Made by a program: the position numbers and the translations under genes
Assembly (NCBI GenBank): GCA_965202985.1
Contig: CBDBCF010000001.1
Location: forward strand, 480,001-544,000
Length of the DNA: 64,000 nucleotides
Source of the DNA: Longimicrobiales bacterium
GTDB taxonomy: Bacteria > Gemmatimonadota > Gemmatimonadetes > Longimicrobiales > Gaopeijiaceae
Reading direction: 5' to 3'
The notes under the pieces: model-generated
The model's input: only the letters and a program-made list of their open reading frames with translations
Databases searched by the model: none
What the model was told of the DNA's origin: nothing
Part shown: piece after piece, positions 13,917-23,462 of the stretch
Numbering within the stretch: the first letter of the stretch is position 1
Layout of the letters: the number at the start of each line of letters is the position of its first letter

Positions 13917-14971
13917 GGCGCTTCCGCTTGGGCTTGGGACGCCAGTCGGCCCGCATACCAGCGCACCCATCGGTTGGAGGGGCCGAACAGGGCCGCCCGG
14001 TAGGCGATCGCCCGCACGTCGCGGCGCGTGATCTTGACCTCGGCGTCCAGCACGCGGGGGTTCTGCCGGCTGACGGCCAGCGTCTTGACGCCGAAGAAGA
14101 AGGGGAGCAGGCAGAACAGGCGGATCCGTGCTTGGCTGCGGGGCAAAAGCGCAAGGTACCGACGGGCGGACTCGAAGTGGCGCGAAGCCTTGGCGGACAG
14201 CGCGGCCAGCGCCGCCAGCGCCGCCTCCCGGTGGGCGGGCTCGAACAGGCGGGCCGGCTCGACACCGTCGGGCAAGAACGAACGGGGCACGAAGACCCAG
14301 CCGCGATGCCGGTCCGAGCCGAGCCCCCGGATCACGTTGACCGTCTGGAGCGCCAGTCCGAACTCTCGGCCCAGCGGCATCAGGCGGCCGCGACGGCGGC
14401 GAACGCCCCGGGAACGGAGGGCGAACAGCTCGGTGAGCAGGTGCCCCACGCGGCCGGCCACCTCGTGCATGTAGTCGTCCAGATCGGCCTCGGCGTCGAA
14501 GCGAGGACCGCGGCGAACCCAACGCGCCATGCCCAGCGTGGAGCGCCCGGCGTGGGTCGCGATCACCCGACGGGCGTCGTCGTCCAGCGCACCCAGAGCA
14601 CGCAGTATGGCCCCGGCGTGGCGGGCGGCCTCCAGGTCCGGGATCGGGTCCTGCGTCGCTTCCCCCTTCAAGCCCGCTTCCACTTGGTCCGCGCCGGCGC
14701 GCCCGTGAAGCGCCTCGTGCCAGGCGCCCAGCAGGCGGGTCTTTTCGGCCTCGGCCATGGCGCGGTTGTCCTCCAGGTAGTCGGACACGCGCAGCACCAA
14801 GTACGCCGTCCTCACCTGTTCGCGCAGCGGCGGGCGCAGCAGCTCGATGCCCAGCGAGAACGTGCGGCTGGTGGCGCGCAGGAGCCGGCCCAGATCGACG
14901 CCTTGGTCGTGGGCGGGCTCGTGGTGCGGACGGGCGGTCTCGCCGTTCCGATGGGCGGTCTCGTCGTTCAT
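13913..14971 (-). CDS. Squalene/phytoene synthase family protein
   Basis: TSRTFSL-I, AYLVLRVSDYLED, DYMHEVAGRVG, FGLALQTVNVIRG. Confidence 0.88.
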   Translation of the reverse strand: MNDETAHRNGETARPHHEPAHDQGVDLGRLLRATSRTFSLGIELLRPPLREQVRTAYLVLRVSDYLEDNRAMAEAEKTRLLGAWHEALHGRAGADQVEAGLKGEATQDPIPDLEAARHAGAILRALGALDDDARRVIATHAGRSTLGMARWVRRGPRFDAEADLDDYMHEVAGRVGHLLTELFALRSRGVRRRRGRLMPLGREFGLALQTVNVIRGLGSDRHRGWVFVPRSFLPDGVEPARLFEPAHREAALAALAALSAKASRHFESARRYLALLPRSQARIRLFCLLPFFFGVKTLAVSRQNPRVLDAEVKITRRDVRAIAYRAALFGPSNRWVRWYAGRLASQAQAEAP

Positions 14972-15085
14972 GTGCGACAATATGAGGATGCGGTTACCGT
15001 TTTTCACGGTGCGCGCCCGCTTGGCCGCGCCAACCCGTCGCCTGGCCGCGCCAGTCCCCGGTCTCGCCCCAGCCCCGGTCTCCCC

Positions 15086-15586
15086 TTGTCTCCGACTTCG
15101 CCCTTGTCCCCGACATCGCCCTTGCCCAGCCCGACGACCCCCGACTCGACCTCGCCGCCACGCGCCGCTTCGCCCCCCGCACCCGCGTCGCCGGCTGCGG
15201 CCGCTTCGCCTGTCGCACCCCCTTCGCCCGCTTCGCCTGCCCCCGACGCCCCGTTGCCGGAGAGCTACCGCGGCCTGCGCGCCCTGCAGGACGAGTTTCG
15301 CCGCTACCAGGAGGCGGCATTCCCCCGGCGTCCGCCCCGGTTCTTCGCGCTGGAGCTGGCCGGCGAAGCGGGCGAGCTGGCCAACCTGGAGAAGAAGGCG
15401 TGGAAGGGGCGCTCCGTGGCCCCCGAGGCGTTCGCCGACGAGGTCGCGGACGTGTGCATCGCCCTCCTGAACTTCGCCAACAGCCGCAAAATCGACGTGG
15501 CGGCGGCGGCGCAGGCCAAGATGTCGCGCATCGACCGGCGACGCCTTGCCGAACCCGAATCCCCCTGCCCGGACGACGCCGAGTGA
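15086..15586 (+). CDS. MazG-like (all-alpha) nucleotide pyrophosphohydrolase with Pro/Ser/Ala-rich N-terminal extension
   Basis: LELAGEAGELANLEKK...ADEVADVCIAL (EXXE/EXXD); start uncertain; stop overlaps folE2 start (GTGA). Confidence 0.75.
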   Translation: MSPTSPLSPTSPLPSPTTPDSTSPPRAASPPAPASPAAAASPVAPPSPASPAPDAPLPESYRGLRALQDEFRRYQEAAFPRRPPRFFALELAGEAGELANLEKKAWKGRSVAPEAFADEVADVCIALLNFANSRKIDVAAAAQAKMSRIDRRRLAEPESPCPDDAE

Positions 15587-16503
15587 GCCCGGGGCCGGAC
15601 GCTCCCGAGACGGCCCCGCCGGCCGCGACGCCTTCCCGACCTGCAACGCCTTCCCGACCTGCACCGCCCTCCGAGCCCGCGACGCCGTCCAAACCCGCGC
15701 CGCCGCCACTGGCCGACGTGCAGGCCCATCCCGACGCCCGGCAGGTGCCGATCGCCAAGGTGGGCGTGAAGAACATCCGTTTCCCCATCGCGGTGCGCGA
15801 CCGGCGGAAGGCGGCCCAGCACACGGTGGGCACCATCGACATGTCGGTGGACCTGCCGCACCACTTCAAGGGCACGCACATGAGCCGGTTCATGGAGATC
15901 CTCAACTCGCACGACGGCGAGATCTCCGTGGAGGCGCTGCCCGCCATCCTGCGGACCATGCGCGCGCGGCTGAACGCCGAGACCGCCCACCTCCGCGTGT
16001 CGTTCCCCTACTTCATGGAGAAGCGGGCGCCGGTGACCGGGGCGGCGGGGCTGCTCTCTTACGACTGCGCGTTCGAGGCCTCCGCGGGCGCGGTGGACGA
16101 CTTCGTGCTGGCGGTGTCGGTGCCCGTGACGACGCTGTGTCCGTGTTCGCGGGAGATCAGCGCGAGGGGCGCGCACAACCAGCGGGGCATGGTCGCGATC
16201 CGGGCGCGCTTCTCGGGCGAGCTCTGGATCGAGGAGATCGTGGAGCTCGTGGACGAATCGGCCTCGTGCGGACTGTTCCCCGTGCTGAAGCGGGCCGACG
16301 AGAAGTGGGTCACCGAGCGCGCCTACGACAACCCCCGATTCGTGGAGGACTTGGTGCGGGAGATCACGGTGCGGCTGCGGGCCGTGGAGCGGATCGCGTG
16401 GTTCAACGTCCACGTGGTCAACTTCGAGTCGATCCACGAGCACGACGCCTACGCCGAGGTCGAAGAGGGAGACGCGCCGGCGGCAGGGCGGGCGGGCCGG
16501 TAG
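15583..16503 (+). CDS. folE2: GTP cyclohydrolase IB (zinc-independent)
   Basis: DVQ, KVGVK, KGTHMSRF, VTTLCPCSREIS, GAHNQR, NPRFVED, NFESIHEHDAYA. Confidence 0.96.
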   Translation: MSPGPDAPETAPPAATPSRPATPSRPAPPSEPATPSKPAPPPLADVQAHPDARQVPIAKVGVKNIRFPIAVRDRRKAAQHTVGTIDMSVDLPHHFKGTHMSRFMEILNSHDGEISVEALPAILRTMRARLNAETAHLRVSFPYFMEKRAPVTGAAGLLSYDCAFEASAGAVDDFVLAVSVPVTTLCPCSREISARGAHNQRGMVAIRARFSGELWIEEIVELVDESASCGLFPVLKRADEKWVTERAYDNPRFVEDLVREITVRLRAVERIAWFNVHVVNFESIHEHDAYAEVEEGDAPAAGRAGR

Positions 16504-16504
16504 G

Positions 16505-17161
16505 CTACGACAGGACGACGCGCTCGCCGTCCTCGAGCTCGAGCGTCGCTTCGAGCCCCGGCGGCTCTCCGGGAACCACTTGCAGTGCGACGCCCAGGTC
16601 CGCCAAGTCGCGTCCGACGGCCTCCGGTTCGGGGTGGCGCGCGCGCAACCCGGCCAGCCGGACTCCGGCGCGGGGCAGCGTGGCGCTCGGATGCGGCGTA
16701 GCGCCCCAGTCCAGGAAGAACGGAACGACGCCGCCCCGGAGCATCGGTCTGACCGGCATCGTCAAGGTCCAGCGGACATGTTCGCCGTCCGCGTTCTGCC
16801 GGGACATCGAGCGGATCGGACCCAGCAGGTGGCCGCCCGGCCCGGCCGACAGCGCCTTCAGGTCGCCGGACCGCGAGGCCCAGGTTACCAGTCCCGGCAG
16901 CGCCGGACCCCCGTCGGCCAGCCAGAGTCCGCCGGCGGGCGGGGGCTGATCCGGGTCCGGTCCCACGACCTCCAAGTAGACGCCTTCGCCCAGACGAAGC
17001 AGGACGTTGCGCGTGCCCAGGCCCGGGTGGTTGCCGCCGGGCGCGAAGTCGACCCGCAGGCGGCGCTCCAAATCCCGCGCACCGGCCTCCACGTCCGGCA
17101 CGGCGTAGACCAAGTGATCCACCAGCGGACGCTCGTTCACGGGAGCGCGACGCCGGGTCAC
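16505..17161 (-). CDS. VOC/glyoxalase-like domain protein
   Basis: VDHLVYAVPD, GGNHPGLGTRN, YLEVV-PDP, VPFFLDW. Confidence 0.88.
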   Translation of the reverse strand: MTRRRAPVNERPLVDHLVYAVPDVEAGARDLERRLRVDFAPGGNHPGLGTRNVLLRLGEGVYLEVVGPDPDQPPPAGGLWLADGGPALPGLVTWASRSGDLKALSAGPGGHLLGPIRSMSRQNADGEHVRWTLTMPVRPMLRGGVVPFFLDWGATPHPSATLPRAGVRLAGLRARHPEPEAVGRDLADLGVALQVVPGEPPGLEATLELEDGERVVLS

Positions 17162-17178
17162 CGGGGTTGCCGGGGTGC

Positions 17179-17466
17179 TCAGGCGTCGGCCTTCTTGGCC
17201 TCGGCCTTCTCCTTCTCGGCCTCCTCCTTGGCGTAGCGGCGCTCGAAGCGCTCCACGCGCCCCGCGCTGTCCAGGAGTCGCTGCGTGCCCGTGTAGAACG
17301 GGTGCGACGACGAGGAGACTTCAAGGGTGATCAGCGGATATTCGTTGCCGTCCTCCCACTTGACCGTCCGCTTGGTCGGGGCGGTGGAGCGGGTCAGGAA
17401 GGCGTAGCCCGTGGAGACGTCCTGGAAGACGACGGGCCTGTACTCGGGATGGATGTCTTTCTTCAC
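17179..17466 (-). CDS. rpmE2: 50S ribosomal protein L31 type B (no Zn-ribbon Cys)
   Basis: [15 protein letters not shown]...[30 protein letters not shown]. Confidence 0.96.
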   Translation of the reverse strand: MKKDIHPEYRPVVFQDVSTGYAFLTRSTAPTKRTVKWEDGNEYPLITLEVSSSSHPFYTGTQRLLDSAGRVERFERRYAKEEAEKEKAEAKKADA

Positions 17467-17671
17467 TTTGCGGCGCGCCAACGGTTCTGGGAAAGCTTCT
17501 AGGCGGACTGCAAGCTAATCCGGCGGGGCGCGGCAGGGCAAGGGCGCCGGGGGTGCCGGCGGGGCCGGCGCGGCGGGCTTGCGGGACTGGCAGTACGGGC
17601 CAGGCCGGCGGGCTGGGCGAGCGGGCTTGCCGGGGCTATCTTTGGGCGAGTCCACGACGACGGGAGAAACC

Positions 17672-17842
17672 ATGGCGAAGAAATCGGGCAAGGGGCCTCG
17701 GGTCACGATCAAGATGACTAGCACCGAGAGTCCCTATCGCTTCACGACGACCAAGAACAAGCGGAACCACCCGCAGCGGCTGGAGCTTCGGCGCTACGAC
17801 CCGGTACTCCGCCGGCACGTGGTCTTCCGGGAGGAGAAGTAA
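17672..17842 (+). CDS. rpmG: 50S ribosomal protein L33 (Cys-free form)
   Basis: [39 protein letters not shown] upstream. Confidence 0.96.
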   Translation: MAKKSGKGPRVTIKMTSTESPYRFTTTKNKRNHPQRLELRRYDPVLRRHVVFREEK

Positions 17843-17846
17843 GCCG

Positions 17847-18086
17847 ATGTCCAGAAAGTGCGACATCACGGGGAAGCGTCCCCTGACGGGCTACAACGTG
17901 TCCCACGCCCACAACAAGACCAAGAAGCGCCAGCTGCCCAACTTGCAGAAGAAGCGGATCTTCGTGGCCGAGACGGGCAAGTCGGTTCGCATCAAGGTGT
18001 CCACGTCGGCGTTGCGGTCGATCGACAAGATCGGACTGCGGGCGTTCCTTCGGAAGAACGGTCTGTCGCTCAAAGACATCACCTGA
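17847..18086 (+). CDS. rpmB: 50S ribosomal protein L28
   Basis: [31 protein letters not shown]...[14 protein letters not shown]. Confidence 0.97.
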   Translation: [79 protein letters not shown]

Positions 18087-18145
18087 CCGAAGGGGGGCGC
18101 AGCGGCCCGGCGCCGAGCGCCGCTTTGGGACTGGCCCCGGGCGGC

Positions 18146-20320
18146 ATGGCCCCGCCGGGCAAGGCCCCCGTCAGCTTGTCCCCCGTTGGCTTGTCGGTGC
18201 TGTGCGCGTTGGGCGCACTTCTCGGGACAACACCCCCGGCGCACGCCGTCGCCGGGCATCCCCAGGCGATTTCGGCAAGGGGCGCGCCGGCCGTCTCGCA
18301 GGCGGACGACTCCGCGGCCCTGGCGCTGGTGCGAAAGGCCCGGGCCCTCCGCGCCACGGCGCTGGTCGGCGGTGCGACGCCGGCTTACAAGGCCCGAGCG
18401 GAAGGCCACGTCTACTTCTACTTGGACCGGGAGGACGGCGGCGCGCCGGTTCCCATGCGCGTGGACCAAGTCGCGCTGGACCTGTTCCAGGACGAGTCCG
18501 GGCGAACGGGTCAAGTCATGCGGGGGCGGCGGCGCAAGCAGTTTCTACCGGTGCGGAACTTCGAGTACTACATCGACCGGCTGACCGCCGTGCAGAACGG
18601 CTTCGGCGACCGGATCGCAGTGGGCGAGGGAATGGACGTAAGGGACGTCCCGCACCCGCTGTCCGCCCTGGGAGAGGCGCACTACCGCTACCGCCTGGCC
18701 GGACTCGTGCAGCTTCGCGTTCCGTCGCTGCCTTCGCCGGTGCGCGTCCGCGAGGTCGAGGTGCGTCCCCGCGACCCGGCGCGGCCCGCCTTCGTGGGCA
18801 GCGTCTTCCTGGAGAGCGCCACGGGCGGTCTGGTCGGAATGGCGTTCAGCTTCACGCCGGCGTCGTACGTGGACCCGCGGGTGGACCGGGTCGCGATTCG
18901 GCTGGACCACGCCCTGTGGCGCGAGCGGTACTGGCTCCCCTACCGGCAAAGCGTGGAGGTGCGGCGCGAGATGCCCCGGCTGGACCTTCCCGTGGGCGCC
19001 GTCATACGGGCCAAGCTGGAGGTGACGGAGTACGACTTCGAGTGGGACGCCGGCGGCGCGCGCCCCGACGGCTTCTTGCCCGGGTCGCCAGTGGCTCGAA
19101 CGCCCTATGGCGCCGCCCCGGCCGGCCAGTTCAAGGTGGGCCTGACGGAGCGGATGGCCGACGAGGGGCTGGTGCCCGTAAGCCCCGCTGCGGTGCAGGC
19201 CGAGGCTCGACGCTTGGCCCGCGACGCGGCCCGAGAGCGCCTGGTGGGCGGACTGCCCCGGCTGCGCCTGCACGCGGACCGCTTCTCTTCGGTCTTACGT
19301 GCCAATCGGGTCGAAGGCGCGCACATGGGACTCGGGGCGTCGTTCGCGGCCTCGTCGTCGGTGGACGCTCGGGCGCTGGCGGGGTACGGCACCGGCAACC
19401 GCAAGGTCTCGGCCTCGGTCCGCGCCCGGTGGCGGCTTCCCGAGCGGCCCGCGACGCTGTCGGCGGAGGCGTACGCTGGACGGCTGCGCGATGTCGGTCC
19501 TCGGCCCGGGGCGTCGGGCGCCGTCAACACGCTGGCCACGCTGGCGCTGAACGAGGACTACACGGACCCCTACTTCGCGTCGGGGGGACGGCTGACCGTG
19601 GAGCGCCGGGCGCCGGAAGGACATCGGGCTTGGGCCGCTGGGTTCGCCGAACGCCATCGCGGGGCCGAACAGGTGTGGTTCGGCGGCGACGGCGTTGAGG
19701 GCGTTGCGGCCGCAGGCGACGGCGGCGGCCGGTTCAGGCCTGTGCGCCCGGTCGCGGAGGGCGTTCACGCGGGGCTGGAGGCCGGGTACGGCCGCGTGTG
19801 GGGCGGGCTGGGGCGATGGGGCGGCGGCGCAACCTTCACGGCAAGCGCGTCTTGGTGGGAAGGCGTCGCCGTCGGAAGCGTGCTGCTTCGGCTGGAGGGC
19901 CGGACGGCGGCGCAGGACCTCTCGCGCAAGGCTTCGATCTCGTTGGATGCCGGCCGCTCTTGGGGCGCCCTGCCCCCCCAGCTGCTGTTCTACGTCGGGG
20001 GCCGGGGCACGCTGCCGGGCCATCCCTTTCGAGAGTACGGCGGCCGGGCGTTCGTCTTGGCCACGGGCGAAGCGTCGCTGGTGGTGGCGCCGGGCTGGCT
20101 GGCGTTGCGGGCGCTGGTCGGCGCGGGGGCCGCGGGCGCGACGCCGGACGCGCTTCGGGAAAGCTGGGGACTTCGCCGGACCGAGGGCCTGCTGGGCTAC
20201 GTGGGAGCGGGCGTCGCCACGCTGCACGACACCGTCAGACTGGACGGCGCGTGGGGCTTCCCCGGCGGCGCCTTCGAGCTGAGCCTGTCCGCCAGCCCGT
20301 GGTTGCGACCCTACCTCTAA
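18146..20320 (+). CDS. Secreted/outer-membrane hypothetical protein with probable C-terminal beta-barrel
   Basis: Signal-peptide-like N-terminus; C-terminal PPQ-LFYVGGRGTLPGH-FREYGG motif and alternating aromatic strands. Confidence 0.7.
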   Translation: MAPPGKAPVSLSPVGLSVLCALGALLGTTPPAHAVAGHPQAISARGAPAVSQADDSAALALVRKARALRATALVGGATPAYKARAEGHVYFYLDREDGGAPVPMRVDQVALDLFQDESGRTGQVMRGRRRKQFLPVRNFEYYIDRLTAVQNGFGDRIAVGEGMDVRDVPHPLSALGEAHYRYRLAGLVQLRVPSLPSPVRVREVEVRPRDPARPAFVGSVFLESATGGLVGMAFSFTPASYVDPRVDRVAIRLDHALWRERYWLPYRQSVEVRREMPRLDLPVGAVIRAKLEVTEYDFEWDAGGARPDGFLPGSPVARTPYGAAPAGQFKVGLTERMADEGLVPVSPAAVQAEARRLARDAARERLVGGLPRLRLHADRFSSVLRANRVEGAHMGLGASFAASSSVDARALAGYGTGNRKVSASVRARWRLPERPATLSAEAYAGRLRDVGPRPGASGAVNTLATLALNEDYTDPYFASGGRLTVERRAPEGHRAWAAGFAERHRGAEQVWFGGDGVEGVAAAGDGGGRFRPVRPVAEGVHAGLEAGYGRVWGGLGRWGGGATFTASASWWEGVAVGSVLLRLEGRTAAQDLSRKASISLDAGRSWGALPPQLLFYVGGRGTLPGHPFREYGGRAFVLATGEASLVVAPGWLALRALVGAGAAGATPDALRESWGLRRTEGLLGYVGAGVATLHDTVRLDGAWGFPGGAFELSLSASPWLRPYL

Positions 20321-21531
20321 GGACGAGGCGGCGCGAAGCTGCGCACCACCACCGAGGCAACGTCCATTTCGTCCAAGTGCACGGTCAACAGGTAGTCGTC
20401 GCCTGCCTCCCAGAGCGAGTGTCCCGGCATCGGCGGCAGGTGGCACATGAACTCGCCGGTCGGGGCAAAGACCATTGCGCCCGACTCTGGCCGGCCTGGA
20501 CGCGGGTACGGGAACACGAACAGGTGGCCGGCGTTGCCCACCAGCAGGTCCTCGAACGCGGGAAACAGGTCCGCCACGGGCCGCCTGGGGCTGAGCATCG
20601 GGCCGTCGACCCGGCTCGGCTCGCTTCTCCATGCATTCCGCGCGCGGTAGTCTTCTCGGAAAGCGTCGACGTCGGCGTCGGTCACCGAGCGTTCACCGGC
20701 GTCCCAGCGCACGATCGTGGTCAACCTGTACTCGGAATCCAGGACGCGAACCTCCGCCTCGTCGCCCGTGCCCATGGCGATGTGGTCGCCTCTGGCGCTG
20801 ACGCTGGCAGGACCGTCGAACACGGGGGAGACGTAGAGATCGTCCCAAGACGAATCGCGGATCTGCCCCCACCGCTGATTGGAAAGCCGGGCCAAGATGC
20901 CGACGAGCTTGCCGTCCGGGTCGTGCGCCTCCACGATCAAGGTGTCGGGCGCCTCGAACGCTCTGTCGCCAGCCCTCGTGGTCCTCGAGACGATCAACTC
21001 CCCGCTCGAAAGCACTCCGCCTCCTTGGGACGGATTGAGATAGATGGGCTCCAACTCGACGGCGCGGTTCCAGGTTCCGTCGGCGGCGAACACGTTGTAG
21101 CGCCACGGCCGGTAGTCGCCGACCCAGAGCGTGTCGCCGGGTCGAACCCATACGAACCACGCGTTCCTGAACTCGCCGGGGCCGTCGCCCAGGCGGCCGA
21201 CGGACCGAAGATGCGCGCCCGTTTCGTCGAAGATGCGCACCTCGTCCGCCGCCGTCTCGACCACGGCGACCGAACCGTCCGACAGCCGAGCCGCACCGAC
21301 CACGCGCCCGAACAGGTGGGCCGGGTCGTCCGCCTGATCGCCGACGACCAGGAGCGGCTCTTCGCCGACCGTGCACATGGCGTCCGACGCGAGCGGGTCG
21401 CTGACGACGATCCGCACTCCGGCGCTGTCCACGGCGATCTCGGGACGTGGCGGCTGTGCGCCCTCGCACGAAGCGCAAGCGACAGCAAGCAGCAGCAGGC
21501 CGAGCCTGCCAGACGCGCGAGCGGTCATCAT
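20317..21531 (-). CDS. 6-bladed beta-propeller lipoprotein (copy 1)
   Basis: Lipobox LLLLAVAC; VDSAGVRIV; VRIFD-TG-HLRS-GR-GDGPGEF motif. Confidence 0.85.
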   Translation of the reverse strand: MMTARASGRLGLLLLAVACASCEGAQPPRPEIAVDSAGVRIVVSDPLASDAMCTVGEEPLLVVGDQADDPAHLFGRVVGAARLSDGSVAVVETAADEVRIFDETGAHLRSVGRLGDGPGEFRNAWFVWVRPGDTLWVGDYRPWRYNVFAADGTWNRAVELEPIYLNPSQGGGVLSSGELIVSRTTRAGDRAFEAPDTLIVEAHDPDGKLVGILARLSNQRWGQIRDSSWDDLYVSPVFDGPASVSARGDHIAMGTGDEAEVRVLDSEYRLTTIVRWDAGERSVTDADVDAFREDYRARNAWRSEPSRVDGPMLSPRRPVADLFPAFEDLLVGNAGHLFVFPYPRPGRPESGAMVFAPTGEFMCHLPPMPGHSLWEAGDDYLLTVHLDEMDVASVVVRSFAPPRP

Positions 21532-21569
21532 GACGGCGAAGGTAGCCACGCCCCGCTCCGACTTGCAAC

Positions 21570-22043
21570 TTACGCCAAGTGCACGATCTCCAGCCCGTTC
21601 CATCGGCATTGCAGGTACTCGACCACCAGGCGCCGATGGCACTGGTCGGGCTCGTGTTCGCTGCACAGCAGGCAGTCGCCGTCCTGCAGGAACGGCTGCC
21701 CCGGCGCCGCGCCGTCCTTGGTCAGCGCGTGCTCGATCCGGCGCTCGCGCATGAGGGCGTCGAAGCGGGGCTCGTATTCGGCCCAGTCGATCTTGTTCTT
21801 CCGGTAGTCCGACAGCAGCTCGGGCGTCGGAGCCAAGACCGGCATGTGGACGTAGCCGACGCCGCAGATCGCGTCCAGGAAGTAGGCCAAGTCGGCCTTC
21901 TTGGCGAAGCCCGCCAGCTGCGAACCGGGCTTGATCCGCACGTCCACGACGCGGCGCAGCCCGGACTTCTTGGCCGTGGCGACGAGTTCGCCGAAGAACC
22001 GCTGCGCCGGCTTCTTGGTGAATCCGATGGTGAAGAGCTTCAT
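21570..22043 (-). CDS. DUF488 family protein (short type)
   Basis: MKLFTIGFTKK-A-RFF...DVR-P-SQLAGFAK...LAPT-ELL...LLCSE-PDQCHRRLV. Confidence 0.88.
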   Translation of the reverse strand: MKLFTIGFTKKPAQRFFGELVATAKKSGLRRVVDVRIKPGSQLAGFAKKADLAYFLDAICGVGYVHMPVLAPTPELLSDYRKNKIDWAEYEPRFDALMRERRIEHALTKDGAAPGQPFLQDGDCLLCSEHEPDQCHRRLVVEYLQCRWNGLEIVHLA

Positions 22044-22092
22044 TGGGGATGGGGCCTCTGCAGAAGGGGAATTGATGGAGCGGACATGGGGG

Positions 22093-22776
22093 CTACCTGC
22101 TTGGAAGGGCGAGCAGGTTCTGATTGCCGCCGGGCTGGCTCTCGTCACCGTCCGGCAACCATTCGTCGCTGTCGCTCGCGACGAATCCGACTTCGCGTGC
22201 TTGGCTGGCCACGGCCTCTCGGACGCGCTCCGCCCGGGTACGGGGGAAGAGGTCGGCCTGCGCGTCGCTCAAGTTGTACTTGACAAGCAGGTCGTCGATG
22301 ACGGCCGCGTGGGAAGCAAGGGAGCCGTCCGCGCGGATGTGCTCCACGGCGACACCACTTTCGTCCAGCGCCTGCGCGACCAGGAGCGTCCGGTGGCAAT
22401 GGAGCGGCTCGCTCTCCGAGCACATCACGGCGACGCGATGAGAGGCGGCTTCGGCCAGGAGTTCGTCGATGCCTCGGCGAAACGACTCCGTCCCGGCGAC
22501 GCGGTCGTAGCGAACACGTCCGTTCTCGTAGCAGGCGCGGTCGGACGGACGGCCGCCCAGCCTGTCGCCGAGGTAGACGTACCGGACATCCCTGACCATC
22601 AAGAAGGCACGCAGATCCTCGCGGTTGAAGTCCGGGGCGAACCGGCTGTACGGGGCCGATCGGACGTCCGCAAGCACGGCGATTCCGTGCGGGTGCAACA
22701 GAACCTTCGCAAAGTGCTCGCGGGGATGGTTCGAGTGGCCGACCGTGAAGACGGGGCCGCCGTGTTTCGACCGCAT
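22093..22776 (-). CDS. DUF488 family protein (long type)
   Basis: VFTVGHSNH...DVRSAPYSR...YLG-RLGGRP...AVMCSESEPLHCHRTLLV. Confidence 0.9.
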   Translation of the reverse strand: MRSKHGGPVFTVGHSNHPREHFAKVLLHPHGIAVLADVRSAPYSRFAPDFNREDLRAFLMVRDVRYVYLGDRLGGRPSDRACYENGRVRYDRVAGTESFRRGIDELLAEAASHRVAVMCSESEPLHCHRTLLVAQALDESGVAVEHIRADGSLASHAAVIDDLLVKYNLSDAQADLFPRTRAERVREAVASQAREVGFVASDSDEWLPDGDESQPGGNQNLLALPSR

Positions 22777-23462
22777 CAGCGCCGCTCCTCGATGACGGCC
22801 GCGGCCAGCTTGTAGCAGCTTCTCCCGTAGGGTTCGCCCAGGCTGACGGTCAGATAGCACTCGCCGATCTCGTAGTCTCCGTCGAGCTTCGACAGATACC
22901 GCTTCTCGTACGCCGGATCCGTGACCCAGATGCCGTACTTGGATCCAGCGTGTGAGAAGCGAGCCTGCACGCGGCGCTTGGAGTTGCCGAACGCTTCGCC
23001 CGGAGCGAACACGCGCAAACGCAACCGTTCCAGATGCACAAGTCGCAAGGAGCTTGAAATGCGATTCAGGAGCTCCTTCGGAACCTTGTCGTTGACGCCG
23101 TTGTACGTGCGGTGCCCGTCGATCCAAAGGGGCTCGGGCGGATCCAACAATCTAGGCAGGTCGAACCAAGAGAACCTTCCGAGCTTCCTCCAGTAGCGCC
23201 CGGCGTCGAGTGCCCAGTTCTCGGTTTGCCACTTGTCCGGCTTCGGCGCGAGCACCGGAACGCTCACGATGTCTAGGACCTGTGGGTCGCCGCCGTCCTC
23301 GTACTGCCGTTCGTGCTCCGACACTTCCTGATTGGGGCGCTTGCTCACGGGGCGGATCCAAGGGCCCGCGGCCTCCCCACCAGCCAACTCCCGCCCGGCG
23401 ATGCACCGACCCGACAGCTTGCGCGAGTTGGCCAAGCAGACAATCCGCTTGACGGCGTTCAC
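22776..23462 (-). CDS. Dual OB-fold domain protein
   Basis: KRIVCLANSRKLSGRCIAG...WIRPVS...QTENW...VTDP...LTVSLGEPY...CYKLAAAVI; family recognised from memory. Confidence 0.75.
   Translation of the reverse strand: MNAVKRIVCLANSRKLSGRCIAGRELAGGEAAGPWIRPVSKRPNQEVSEHERQYEDGGDPQVLDIVSVPVLAPKPDKWQTENWALDAGRYWRKLGRFSWFDLPRLLDPPEPLWIDGHRTYNGVNDKVPKELLNRISSSLRLVHLERLRLRVFAPGEAFGNSKRRVQARFSHAGSKYGIWVTDPAYEKRYLSKLDGDYEIGECYLTVSLGEPYGRSCYKLAAAVIEERR

Noticed and set aside
17467..17671. Zur box between L31B and L33/L28
   Set aside because: The region is GC-rich with no AT-rich palindrome.
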